Origin: Selaginella moellendorffii
Taxonomy: Eukaryota; Plantae; Lycopodiophyta
DNA length: 64,000 bases
Reading direction: 5' to 3'
Assembly: GCF_000143415.4 (NCBI RefSeq)
Contig: NW_003314286.1
Span: forward strand, 201,766 to 265,765
Both the position numbers and the translations under genes were made by a program. Each line of letters begins with the position of its first letter. Position 1 is the stretch's first letter. Of the stretch, positions 1 through 11,575 are shown piece after piece. The notes under the pieces are model-generated. The model was not told the DNA's origin. It saw only the letters and a program-made list of their open reading frames with translations, and searched no databases.

Positions 1-522
1 ACTCGGTCTCAGTCTCGGCCTTGGTCTCGGTCTCGGTCTCGGTCTCAGTTCCATCTCGGACTCCATCTCAAGTCCATCTCGGACTCCATCTCAAGTCCAT
101 CTCGGACTCCATCTCAAGTCCATCTCGGACTCCATCTCGGGTCCATCTCGGACTCCATCTCGGGTCCATCTTGGACTCCATCTCGGGTCCATCTCGGACT
201 CCATCTCGGGTCCATCTCGGGTCCACCTCGGACTCCATCTCGGACTCCATCTCGGGTCCACCTCGAACTCCAACTCGGGTCCACCTCGAACTCCAACTCG
301 GGTCCATTTCGGACTCCATCTCGGGTCCACCTCGAACTCCAACTCGGGTCCACCTCGGACTCCATCTCGGACTCCATCTCGGGTCCATCTCGGACTCCAT
401 CTCGGACTCCATCTCGGGTCCACCTCGGACTCCAACTCGGGTCCACCTCGGACTCCATCTTGGACTCCATCTCGGGTCCATCTCGAACTCCATCTCGGAC
501 TCCATCTCGGGTCCATCTCGGA
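1..522. repeat. Tandem satellite in LTR: GGTCTC hexamers, then mixed GGACTCCATCTC (12 bp) and GGGTCCATCTC (11 bp) units
   Basis: Directly visible. Produces the spurious repetitive ORFs (SRTPSRVHLG, MESEMDPRW). Confidence 0.95.
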
Positions 523-754
523 CACTTCCACGTGTCATGTGTTGGTCCTTTTGGGTCCCTTTTTGGAACCTCACTTATTGCTCGCTTCGTGCTCGTTCCT
601 CGAACACTTTGTTGGGAGTTCCACTCCCACTCTCGACCTTTCAAGTCGGAGCTTTTAGTACAAACGTGTTACGCTCGTTTGGCTTTTGCTTTGGCCACTA
701 CCACGTGGCACCCTTTTGGCTCCACTTTAGGGCCTAGGGATTTTGTGTCTCACA
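1..754 (-). repeat. 3' LTR of family A element (partial)
   Basis: Matches ~6030-6722. Minus strand starts TGTGAGACAC directly after the purine-rich tract. Confidence 0.85.
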
Positions 755-766
755 ACTCCACCACCC
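755..766 (-). other. Polypurine tract (PPT)
   Basis: Minus-strand GGGTGGTGGAGT immediately precedes the LTR TG. Confidence 0.65.
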
Positions 767-1264
767 ATAGACGAAGTTCGATATCCTCATCGAATAGTAA
801 AGCCTTTTATAAAGTAACACCCACATGTATTACCATTTCCATCCTTGGCACCCAGCCAAAATTTGTCTATGGTTTGACACCGAAGGCTCACCATGCCTTG
901 TCCATCCTCTAAGGAACAGAGCCTCTCCAACTTAGAGGCTCATTCGACCACTTATGGTGGTTCTCTCCTTTTATTAGTTTAGTTCTCACTAAACCTGTTA
1001 AAGACACCTTCTCTAACTCAATCCCACTACTCATTCTCGAGTGGTCTCACCTTCCATTGATATAACCCTTGCACTTTGGAACTTTTAATTCTGACTTTTT
1101 GTAGTCAATTTCCTGGGTGTCTCCGACACCTTGCATTGCACATATTGTGCAACTCCACTTCCTATCCTAGGAAGTTCTCTACTTGAGGGCAACATTATCC
1201 TTTCTTCGATTTCGTGCCACCTTTGGCACTAAGTTCCAGTTATCATAATTTGTGCTAGGGCTGT

Positions 1265-1850
1265 NNNNNNNNNNNNNNNNNNNNNNNNNNNNNNNNNNNN
1301 NNNNNNNNNNNNNNNNNNNNNNNNNNNNNNNNNNNNNNNNNNNNNNNNNNNNNNNNNNNNNNNNNNNNNNNNNNNNNNNNNNNNNNNNNNNNNNNNNNNN
1401 NNNNNNNNNNNNNNNNNNNNNNNNNNNNNNNNNNNNNNNNNNNNNNNNNNNNNNNNNNNNNNNNNNNNNNNNNNNNNNNNNNNNNNNNNNNNNNNNNNNN
1501 NNNNNNNNNNNNNNNNNNNNNNNNNNNNNNNNNNNNNNNNNNNNNNNNNNNNNNNNNNNNNNNNNNNNNNNNNNNNNNNNNNNNNNNNNNNNNNNNNNNN
1601 NNNNNNNNNNNNNNNNNNNNNNNNNNNNNNNNNNNNNNNNNNNNNNNNNNNNNNNNNNNNNNNNNNNNNNNNNNNNNNNNNNNNNNNNNNNNNNNNNNNN
1701 NNNNNNNNNNNNNNNNNNNNNNNNNNNNNNNNNNNNNNNNNNNNNNNNNNNNNNNNNNNNNNNNNNNNNNNNNNNNNNNNNNNNNNNNNNNNNNNNNNNN
1801 NNNNNNNNNNNNNNNNNNNNNNNNNNNNNNNNNNNNNNNNNNNNNNNNNN
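1265..1850. other. Assembly gap (586 N)
   Basis: Run of N. Confidence 1.
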
Positions 1851-4800
1851 TAACTTTAAGACCTCTCATGGATCTCTTACAGAGACTACTTTCCTTGGAC
1901 TTACTATGCTATTGCATTGGCATAATTTATTTCCCTTAGGTGTTCTTCCCACTTGGTCACCTTGACTAAGCCACACCATTATCAATTGTTCAAATTAACA
2001 CTTTGAACTAGGAACCTTATTCCTTACCCAAATAAGGACCTTATCCCTATTTAGCCACAAGATCACCGAGTGATCTCATCTTGGCACCTTAACAGGTTTG
2101 CCAATAGGCACTAGGTCTTCCCGACCTTTAAGTTATTCACCATGACCTCGGGGGCATCCCCCACACTTGGCGGTGCACCCAAACCAGCCCTTACGGCCAA
2201 GGGTCCATAGCAACTGAGATTAGGTGTCCCCATCTCATTCACCACGTCCTTGATGCCACTCGCACCAAAGTGTTCAAGTTAGATATGCCGAGCCACATTA
2301 AATAATCTAACTGTGCATCACGACTCCAAGGCATCCCTCGCTTGGCGGTGTGCCCAAACCAGTCCTCTCACTGAGAGTCCATGACCACTGAAAAATGAGT
2401 GTCCTCATTTTCCAAACCATCACCACACCCTAGTGATTTGGGACTCGAACCCAACCTCCGCATATGCATCTACGGATGGCATCCCTCCAGACGCCTGGCA
2501 TGACTCCCCACACCGGTGCACCAACATGTATTTAAAGCGCACTACAGATCACAAGTTAGGAACTTAATTCCTCCACACTGCCAAGTCCTCTCACTTGACA
2601 TATCTGTGATCATGCATGGACTCCTCCATGCTCGGCCCCCTGGGCCACCCCTTTGAAGTTGGCTCTTTCAACTAGGGTATTCATTCCCCCTGACTTGCCA
2701 ATCTCACTTAACAAGTCATTCGGCCACCGTAACATGGTTCATGCATAAGCGTGAAAGTTCTTAACCATTGACTTTCGTTCATAGCCCTCTCTTTGAACAC
2801 TTGGGATCTACTCCCCTAACCTTGATAGCCTCGCCTCTCGGCAAGTTTCAAGACCACGCTTCTGTTGCGCCACTCTGATTTCGCGCGCTCTATAAACCAT
2901 TTACACTTGGACGTCTAGGTACTTATCTACCTAGGAGGAACGTTCAAGGAACTTTATTCCTTATCTTGCTAAGGCCTCTCCTTTCACAAGCTTTCCAATA
3001 ACCATATAGTCTAACATGGACAATCCCATGTTTTAGACTCTCCATGGCATCCCGGTCGCTAGTAACAACATGCTTGAGCACCCACTTGATTCTCCACTCC
3101 CAACTTGTATAACCACCCTTGATCATGCCTGTCAATTCCTATGGTTCGGTTCTATCTTTATACTACTTGCCTTTTGGCTTCATACATTTCCTTCGGTTAT
3201 TCTCCTCCAAATTAGGAAGATAGCTTTGCACTTTCTACCACGCCTTGGCAAGTATTCATAGGGATGAACCTACTCGACAACCTAGGGAGTGGTTCCTCAA
3301 TCCGGGTTTGCTCACCTTGTAATCCCACACACTGGGATCACCGTTGCTACTTATGGACCTTTATATGCCCATCACTAACCTTGCCAAAATCCCTCTTTGG
3401 CTTTGTCCAATTTGGGTAGACGGACTTCTTCCGTCTCCACAACCTTGGACATTTGGATAGCACCTCCTATCCTTCATTCGCTAGAGACTTTGTCCTTTAG
3501 GCATTATCCATTGCCCTCATGACACTAAATACCCCCTTCTGGTGTTCTAGAGTGTTTGGGTGTCCCAATGATAGCATCTCTAACAATGAGCATTCCCTTT
3601 TCGACATTGACTTACTATATTGCAACATAAACAATTTATCCCCTATAAGGGTATATCAAACTTCCTTATCCCAATAAAAAGTCTTAGGTAGTTGCCTTCT
3701 ACCAGTTTACGAATTATTTTGCACCTTTTGCTTAGTTGCCTCATAGTTATCAAGTCCTACAACTCATTGTTGGTGCTTCCACACCTCCATCATTATCTAG
3801 GTCACCACACTTTAACTGCATACCTTCCAGATTAGGCTATGCTATTCCCATTTCCATTGGGATTCCTTTGGAAGGGGTTCTCATGAACCCGCCAACTTGA
3901 CCTCAAGGCAACACGCCTTGGCACCTTTGGTGTCTCCACACCATCGGCTCCACGAGCCTACCTTTATGACACTTCTTACTTGTGTCTAGGTATTTTTGCC
4001 AAGACCAATATGGTTGTCTCTTATGCCAATTATCCATTAGCACTGCACCATAGCGTTTATGCACAACTTTGTGTCAAAGTTATTTTCTTCTGGGAAACTC
4101 TTTCCCATGACTTTAGCATGGCACCTTCTGCCATCAATGTCAAAATCCTCCCCATCCTTTGTGGGGTGCCACACACCTCAATCTAAATGCTTTCCTCAAG
4201 CCTTTAAGATTATTCCTTGACTCTATTGGAGTCATTCAACCTTTTGGACTTTGTTAATCCAATGACCCACGAGGTCCTACTTTTGAGGTGCTAGCTCACT
4301 GAAATACAACTCCTTGTATTCATGTCCTACTCACAAGGACCATCTTTTGCAAGTGTTACTCCGACACTTGATTTGTTCTCTAGGGGCAACCTTTCGCCCC
4401 TTAGGATCACTTGTCCATGTGATGAAAATACCAACTCATCCTCTGAATACACCCCCAACTCCTGGGGTTGTTCCAGCATTTATTAGATGTAGCCCTGGCT
4501 ACCATTTCAAAGACTTGTGTCCTCTTCCGTTTTTGACCTTCCACGGTCATTAATTCCGGTCTCAAATTCATGAGCACCAGCCTCAACTATATGAGGGTAA
4601 TCTTGTGACTCCATTATCATCTTGGAATTTGCATCTTTTCCATGATCCCAACTATAGTTGTTTACCACAATTACGTTAGCCCATTTACTGAGTCAAACGC
4701 TCATCTAGATCACATCCTCAGCTCTCTAAGGAAACCTTATACTGTTCCCAAGATCCCAAAGTCGTTCCATTATTGGCCCTTTTCTATCTATCACATCGCA

Positions 4801-4943
4801 CCCAACTTCACGCATGACCTTGAGTGGAGAGCCATGTCTTTCCGACTTGCTACTCCTCAAGGATAGGCCCACTCCTCGGACCTTTCGATGCCAACACCAG
4901 TGGTGATATACTTGAGCACTAATAAAAGTCGGACTAAGGAACA

Positions 4944-4955
4944 GCTCCGATACCA
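4944..4955 (-). other. Primer binding site (tRNA-iMet type)
   Basis: Minus-strand TGGTATCGGAGC (canonical TGGTATCAGAGC), 3 nt after the LTR end ...CTTACA. Confidence 0.85.
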
Positions 4956-4958
4956 AGT

Positions 4959-6722
4959 TGTAAGCGACTAAATTTTCCATTTTACTTTAGTCACTTAACC
5001 ACACCTCCGACCACTTGGAGGAGTCTCATTCACAACCTCCATAAGTCCCAGTTAGGACTTGGGGCTTGCTAGCCCCGAGAATGGCATCCATGCCACTCAA
5101 CCTTTGCACTTGGTCCAAGTGCTCCACTTGTCCGATCCCATGACCGACACCCCAAGGTACCACCGACATACCAGCCCGTTACGCTAGGCCATGCCCATTA
5201 ACTTTGGTCACACCGGTGGTCTAATGCCACCTGCATCATAATCCCGTCTCTCAAAGACTGGGCCATCTGTCCATGAGTGATCATCCTTGATCTACTCCTT
5301 AGCATCCTTAGGATGCCCGCAGACATGGGGAATAGCCTTCCCCGACAACTCTTTCCTAGTCCCCACCAAGTCCCTTTCAGTCTATGGCCGTGTTCGCCAA
5401 CACTGCCACTGGATCAAGGCCTGTAGGCCTGACCGCTAAGTCCCACTATCCTTTGGGACTTCCTCACTATGTGACCGTATCCTTGGTCATTGCATTAGAG
5501 GCCTACTCCTCTTCCCTTTCACCGTTTGGGACTTTTGGGATAACATTTCGGAACACCATGGCCTTACACAAGCCTCCTAGGTACTCTCCCCACCTTTCGC
5601 CTTTAGGTGCTCTAGCCATGGGCTTAGAGCGAGGTTCCGTTGAGCCACACCAGGTATCCAAGTAGGTAGTGCCACCCATACTTTGACTGGAAGCATCGGC
5701 CAGTTGATCTCCCGGGGGAACTAGAGCCGGCTCTTGAACACTTCACCAAGCTACCCCACTTGTCGGCTTGTGTTCACTCTAGTCTTGGACTTCCCAGTGG
5801 GTAGCTCATCACCCAACACTAGGTCCAGCCTTCCTGGGCCAAACTGGCCTTTCCTGGCCAAACTGGCCTTTCCTGGCCAAACTGGCTCCACTGCAGTCCT
5901 CCCCCTTACTATACTTTTGGAGCTCACCAAACCCCCCAGGGTCTGGGAGACGAACGCTTTGGGCTTTCACCCTCTCAGACTCGAACTCGGACTCGGACTC
6001 GGACTCGGACTTGGACTCGGACTCGGGCTTGGCCTCGGTCTCGGCCTCGGTCTCGGTCTCGGTCCCGGTCTCGGTCTCGGTCTCGGTCCCGGTCCCGGTC
6101 TCGGTCTCGGTCCCGGTCCCGGTCTCGGTCTCGGTCTCGGTCTCGACTTCAGACTCCATCTCGGATTCCATCTCGGGTCCATCTCGGATTCCATCTCGGA
6201 CTCCATCTCGGGTCCATCTCGGACTCCATCTCGGGTCCATCTCGGACTCCATCTCGGGTCCATCTCGGACTCCATCTCAGGTCCATCTCAGACTCCATCT
6301 CGGGTCCATCTTGGACTCCATCTCGGGTCCATCTTGGACTCCATCTCGGGTCCATCTCGGACTCCATCTCGGACTCCATTTCGGGTCCATCTCGGGTCCA
6401 CCTTGGACTCCACCTCGGACTCCACCTCGGACTCCATCTCGGGGTCCTTCGCAGACTCCACTTCAGACTCCAACTTGGGTCCATCTCGGCACTTCCACGT
6501 GTCATGTGTTGGTCCTTTTGGGTCCCTTTTTTGGAGCCTCGCTTATTGCTCGCTTCGTGCTCGTTCCTCGAGCACTTTGTTGGGAGTTCCACTCCCGCTC
6601 TCGACCTTTCAAGTCAGGGCTTTTAGTGCAAATGTGTTACGCTCATTTTGTTTTCGCTTTAGCCACCACCACATGGCACCCTTCCGGCTCCACTTTGGGG
6701 CCTAGGGATTTTGTGTCTCACA
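4959..6722 (-). repeat. Complete 5' LTR (~1.76 kb) of family A
   Basis: Bounded by TGTAAG...CTCACA, adjacent to the PBS, and homologous to 1-754 and (inverted) to 7591-8957. Confidence 0.85.
5977..6489. repeat. Tandem satellite in LTR: GGACTC/GGTCTC/GGTCCC hexamers, then 11/12-bp units
   Basis: Directly visible. Confidence 0.95.
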
Positions 6723-7590
6723 CCGGAGTGACTTGGAATAGTCCTAGAGCAACCAGCATTCCAATGCCAAGACCAGCATGCAAAACAGAGCCAAACGGAG
6801 TCTGGTGCTATTTCGGCATACCGATGGCCTAACGCAAGGACATGGGTACTCCACCAGCTAGCATGGAATGGAACTTGGGATTAAACCCAAGCTGGATGCA
6901 GAACAAGGATAGGCACACAAGCAGGAGCTAGACTATGCCTCAAGTTGGTTGGCTATGCCTGACCTACCCACTATCCTTACTATACATTTGGAACCCCCCA
7001 CCCCACCCCCCTTGAGGAACACACGCTTTGGGCTTTCCCCCCAAGCCTCCTTTAATATCAAGAGTTAGTCTCTAGGACAAACTCAAAACTTACTAAATAT
7101 GGAATGGCACTAGAATGTGAATTTTGACACAGAACGAACACCATTGTGTTCAAACCGATCTCTACATTCCGTAAATATGCCAAATAAGCAAATTTGGATA
7201 CTTTCCATAAATAGCATTTGGGACCGAAATAAGACTAACACAAAAGGCATGATAGCAAGGGTGTTTGGCAGACACGGTAAGCTATCATCCAGTAATATTG
7301 AGGGACCAATCTCAATACTCAAGGGTTCTTGTCAAGCCAGTGCAAGACAAAGCAAAAGAAAACTAACAAGCCGGGCCAAGTATGCTTGGCTAAATAGATA
7401 CTTAGGAATTCCTTCCTTATGCTTGTCCGGCCAAGTGCAGATGCAAACTTTAGTTTACTAACACTTGAACAAGAGGGATTAATAAAGGGTCTAGCAATAT
7501 CGACCTCTTGCCATCGTGGCAATAAGGTAAGAGTGTCCGTAAGGACTAGCCGACAAGTAACTTTCAATACCCGAAGTCACATTCGCGACA
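6723..7590 (-). mobile_element. Fragment of a second LTR family (B)
   Basis: Ends in ...ATTCGCGACA (CA terminus) abutting a broken family-A satellite. Shares only the CTTACTATA..TTTGGA..CCCCC..CGCTTTGGGCTTTC block (~6975-7040) with family A. Confidence 0.55.
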
Positions 7591-8957
7591 GATGGAGTTC
7601 GAGATAGAGTCCGAGATGGACCCAAGATGGACCCAAGATGGAGTTCGAGATGGACCCGAGATGGAGTCCGAGAGACCCAAGATAGAGTTCGAGATGGACC
7701 CTAGATGGAGTCTAAGATGGACCCAAGATAGAGTTCGAGATGGACCCAAGATGGAGTCCAAGAGACCCGAGATAAAGTTCGAGATGGACCCGAGATGGAG
7801 TCCAAGATGGACCTGAGATGGAGTCCGAGATAGAGTCCGAGATGGACCCAAGATGGACCCAAGATGGAGTTCGAGATGGACCCGAGATGGAGTCTAAGAT
7901 GGAGTCCGAGATGGAACCAGTCTGAGTCTGAGTCCGAGTCCGAGTCCGAATACTAATACAGATTGTTGGGTGAAAGCCCAAAGCGATCGTCCCCGGGGGG
8001 CTGCAGGGGGGTTCCAAAAGTATAGTAAGGAGAGTGTGGGGGTTGGAACCCAATGGAGCCAATTTGGCCAGGAAAGGCTAGTTTAGCCCATGAAGGCTGT
8101 ACCTAGGTGTTGGGTGATGGGACAACCATTAGGAAGTCCAAGGCTAGAGGAATACAAACCGACAAGCAAGGTAGCTTGGTGAAGTGTTCAAGAGCTAGCT
8201 CTAGTTCCCCCAGGAAATCGAATGGTCGATGCTCCTAGTCCAAGTATGGGTGGCATTACCTACTTAGATGGCTCATCGGAACCTTGCTCTAAGCCCATGG
8301 CTAAAGTACCCAAAGGCAGAAGATGGGGAGAGTACCCATGAGGCTCATGTAGGGCTACAGTGTTCCGAAATGTTGTCCCAAAGTTCCAGACTATGGAAAG
8401 GAAGAAGAGCAATCCTCTAGTATAGTGACTAAGGATACGGTCACATGGTGAGGAAGTCCCAAAGGACAGTGGGACTTAGTGGTTGGGCCTGCAAGCCTTG
8501 ATCTAGTGGCAATGTTGGCAAACACGGCCATGGATAGAAAGGGACTTGGTGGAGATTGTAAAAGGGGTATTGGGGAAAGATATTCCCCATGCCTGCGGGC
8601 ACCCTAAGGATGATGAAGAATGGATTTGGGATGACCACTCATGGACGGATGGCCCAGTCTTGGAGAGACGAAACTGTGATGCAGGTGATATTGGACCACT
8701 AGTGTGGCAAAGATAAATGGGCATGGCCTTAGCATAATAGGCTGATATGTCAGTGGTACCTTTGGGTGTTGGTCATTGGATTGGACACGTGGAGCACTTG
8801 GACCAAGTGCAAAGATTGAATGGTAGGGATGTCATTCTCGGGGCTAGCTAGCCCCAAGTCCGAAGAAGGACTTATGGAGGTTGTGAGTGAGACTCCTCTA
8901 AGTGGTCAGAGGTGTGGTTAAGTGACTAAAGTAAAATGGAAAATTTAGTCACTTACA
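7591..8957 (+). mobile_element. Family A LTR in opposite orientation, truncated inside its satellite (3' or solo LTR)
   Basis: Reverse-complement match to 4959-~6400. Ends ...GGAAAATTTAGTCACTTACA with no PBS following. Confidence 0.85.
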
Positions 8958-11575
8958 ACAAAAATGTGACATCTTTCAAAACTTTTAAGAAGGGCATTCT
9001 TGTGTGAGGAAGCATTCCTCACTAACAGCAAAGATATAGAGCATTATGCTACTCACCAACAAGGTTAGGGATTAGAGTTGGCTCTAGCCGAGCATAGTCC
9101 AATGGATTATGCTCGAAGGCAATAGTCCTTATTTCATCAATAAATAATGCATCCTCCTTAAAACTAGGAGGGAATAGAAGAACTAGGAGATCTTCATTGA
9201 TAAAGCTAGTGGATAGTGGCTCATCTTGGCTCTATTGGGAGAAGTTATCTTTGACGAAGATCACATCTATACTAATGATCGTCTCTTTGATTGTTAAATC
9301 CCAAAGCTTGTATGTTTTACAATTGTATTTTTCATCTTGTGCATAACCAACAAAGATAAACTTTTGACTTTTCGAATCAAGTTTCTTGCGTTGTTGGTTA
9401 GGGACATGTGTAAAGGCAGCACAACCAAAAACACAAAGGTGAGATACATCTAGGTTCTTCCCTATCCACATTTCTTCAAAGGTCTTCCCACTCAAGACAA
9501 CTATTAGCAACTGATTTTGGATGTGTAATGCCATGGCAATGGCTTCTTGCTAGAATCTTTTGTCCAACTTGGCTCCTACCAAGAGGTTATAGATAGCATT
9601 CACAAATGTGTGGTTCTTGTGCTCAACAATGCCATTTTGCTGACATTCAAGTACTTTTTTCTTTCATTAATTTATATGGCCTTTAATCTTCTTTCAAGCT
9701 TTGTCTCAGCATAGAACTTATAGAATTTAAAGGGTTCAATAGCCTTATTCTTGTTTCGAAGGAAAAATATGCATATCTTCCTACTATAGTCACCAACAAA
9801 CATGAAATATCTTGCTCCAAAATAACTTAGGATCTCCATTGGTCCACCAAATATGAATGGATAAGCTCAAGTGGTTGGGAATTCCACCTCTTTGATGATG
9901 CAAAATTTTGGTGATGGTGTTTTCCAAGCATATATGACTCCCTTTTCAAGTCAAGTCCCGTAACCATGCCTTCTATGTATATTTCCCATATGGCCTTGTA
10001 ATTGGCATGACCTAAATGGCAATGCTATAAAAAGGCATTATTATTTTTGCTTTAGTCAAAGGAAGGTGTTTAACATTTATTGCATGTTGCTTTCCAAAAG
10101 AAACTTTATATAAGTTTCCCCATACAAAAACTTCATTCCAAACATCTTGAATGTGCATTTGTCAATAAACACAACACCTTTATCATCAAAGATCACCACC
10201 ATATTATTTTCACAAACTTTGGCCACTAACATGAGATTCCTTCGAAAGTTGGAATATACATTGTATTTATATTATTTCCATTTTCAAGCTTAATCTTGAA
10301 AGTTCCCATGTCATGAATTCCAAGGCAGATGTCATCTCTCAGAACAACTCCATTGCTCTAGCTCACAAACTTATACTCCTCAAACATATATTTATTTATA
10401 GACATCAAACTGGTATAACCAGAGTCCAACCCAAGCTTTATTACTCCCAAGAGTCTCACCATTTATGGCTCTCTTCTTCTATGTTAATTACATCATCTTC
10501 TTCAATGCCCAAATGAGTTATGTCTTTGGCATTAGGGCAATCACGAACCCAATGACTATGCTCCTAGCACAACTTGCATTGGTCACAATCAATGTGCCTA
10601 GATTTGCCTTGTCTACCTTGCCTATGGCTTGAACAATTACTCCCTTGCAAGCTCTTAGCAGCTCATGACTTCAAGAGCCTTCAGTAACTCCATCTTGAGA
10701 GTTTTCTACATCTCCCTTAGCATATCTATTGTAACCGCTTCTAGTTCTTGGCATCCCTTGCTGCACATTGCAACCATGCCCAACATAAGATTTGTTTGCC
10801 ACATTCAGCTAGCTGCATCTTGCATATATAGACTGATGAACCTCATGGGTTTGGGCTCTCTCTTTGTATAGCAAGGAGGTGTTTATCAATCTGGTGACTG
10901 CATCATCAATTTAGCTCTTTAATCAGCTCTTTTGCACACCCTCCCATTCTTGTGGTAGAGTCTTATAGAGCTTCACTTTCTACATTGATTCGGGAACCTC
11001 ATGCTCCTTACCTTCCGTAGCTAAATCTACAAACAGTCAGCTTAAATGCTTAGTGTGTTCCAGCATATCACCCCCATCCTGGAAAACACACGTATCTAGC
11101 AACAAATGGATCCTCATGACCTCCTTCTTCTTACTGTAGGTGTCATCTAGCCATTTCTAGATATAGGCTCCTCCTTGTCCCATATCCACCCTGATCAATA
11201 TCTCGTGACTCAAGTAAGAGCAAATGTAGCCAATAGCCTGTTGATTCCTAGTCCTCTAGTCCATCAAAACCCTTTGACTGAGTATTGGCTCTAGATTGGA
11301 GAGATCCACAATGCCATACACTCCCTAGAACCAAAGCCATGCTTCCATGAGTTTCTTCCAGAAACCAAACTCCTTACCACTGACAAACAAATGGCTTTAT
11401 GCCTCCATTAGGGAGGGCACTACTCTCTACCATGCTGTCTACAGACCCTTAGCAGTAACGGCATGGTTGAGAGTAGAGGAGTGGAGCTCCAATGTTAGAG
11501 AAAACTCAAAGGTACAAATGGAAAAACCCTAGTGTAGTTTTTGTGCTCACTTGAGTTTCAGTTTATATCTTAACA
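8958..11575 (-). mobile_element. Decayed Ty1/Copia retrotransposon (5' LTR, gag, protease, integrase; RT half not in window)
   Basis: Zinc knuckle CKLC*EHSHWVRDC (~10540-10580), protease LDSGYTS (~10410-10430), pre-integrase HCHLGH (~10005-10025), and integrase C-terminus HLCVFGCAAFTHVPNQQRKKLDSKSQKFIFVGY (9232-9534), in Copia order with many stops. Candidate short LTR TGTTAG...TTAACA at 11493-11575. Confidence 0.9.

Larger units (their letters stand above)
1..6722 (-). mobile_element. Non-autonomous/degenerate LTR retrotransposon (family A), left end outside the window
   Basis: Two same-orientation copies end in ...GGGCCTAGGGATTTTGTGTCTCACA (754 and 6722). PBS at 4944-4955 and PPT at 755-766 orient the element to the minus strand. 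No recognisable RT/RNaseH/integrase ORF in the internal region. An N gap separates the LTRs, so pairing them as one element is not proven. Confidence 0.8.

Noticed and set aside
50-522. CRISPR-like regular array
   Set aside because: Units are contiguous with no unique spacers, there are no cas genes, and the context is a eukaryotic LTR.
21-912. Long repetitive ORFs on both strands (also 5734-6832 and 7564-8062)
   Set aside because: They are translations of the stop-poor LTR satellite and are open in several frames at once.
1252-1965. ORFs of X residues
   Set aside because: Artefact of the N gap.
2438-2451. tRNA T-arm/B-box-like GGGTTCGAGTCCC on the minus strand
   Set aside because: No A-box, D-arm or acceptor stem could be formed.
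3480-3600. Possible degenerate gag zinc knuckle (RCYHW...LEH) on the minus strand
   Set aside because: Needs a frameshift and lacks full CCHC spacing; not enough to assign Gypsy.
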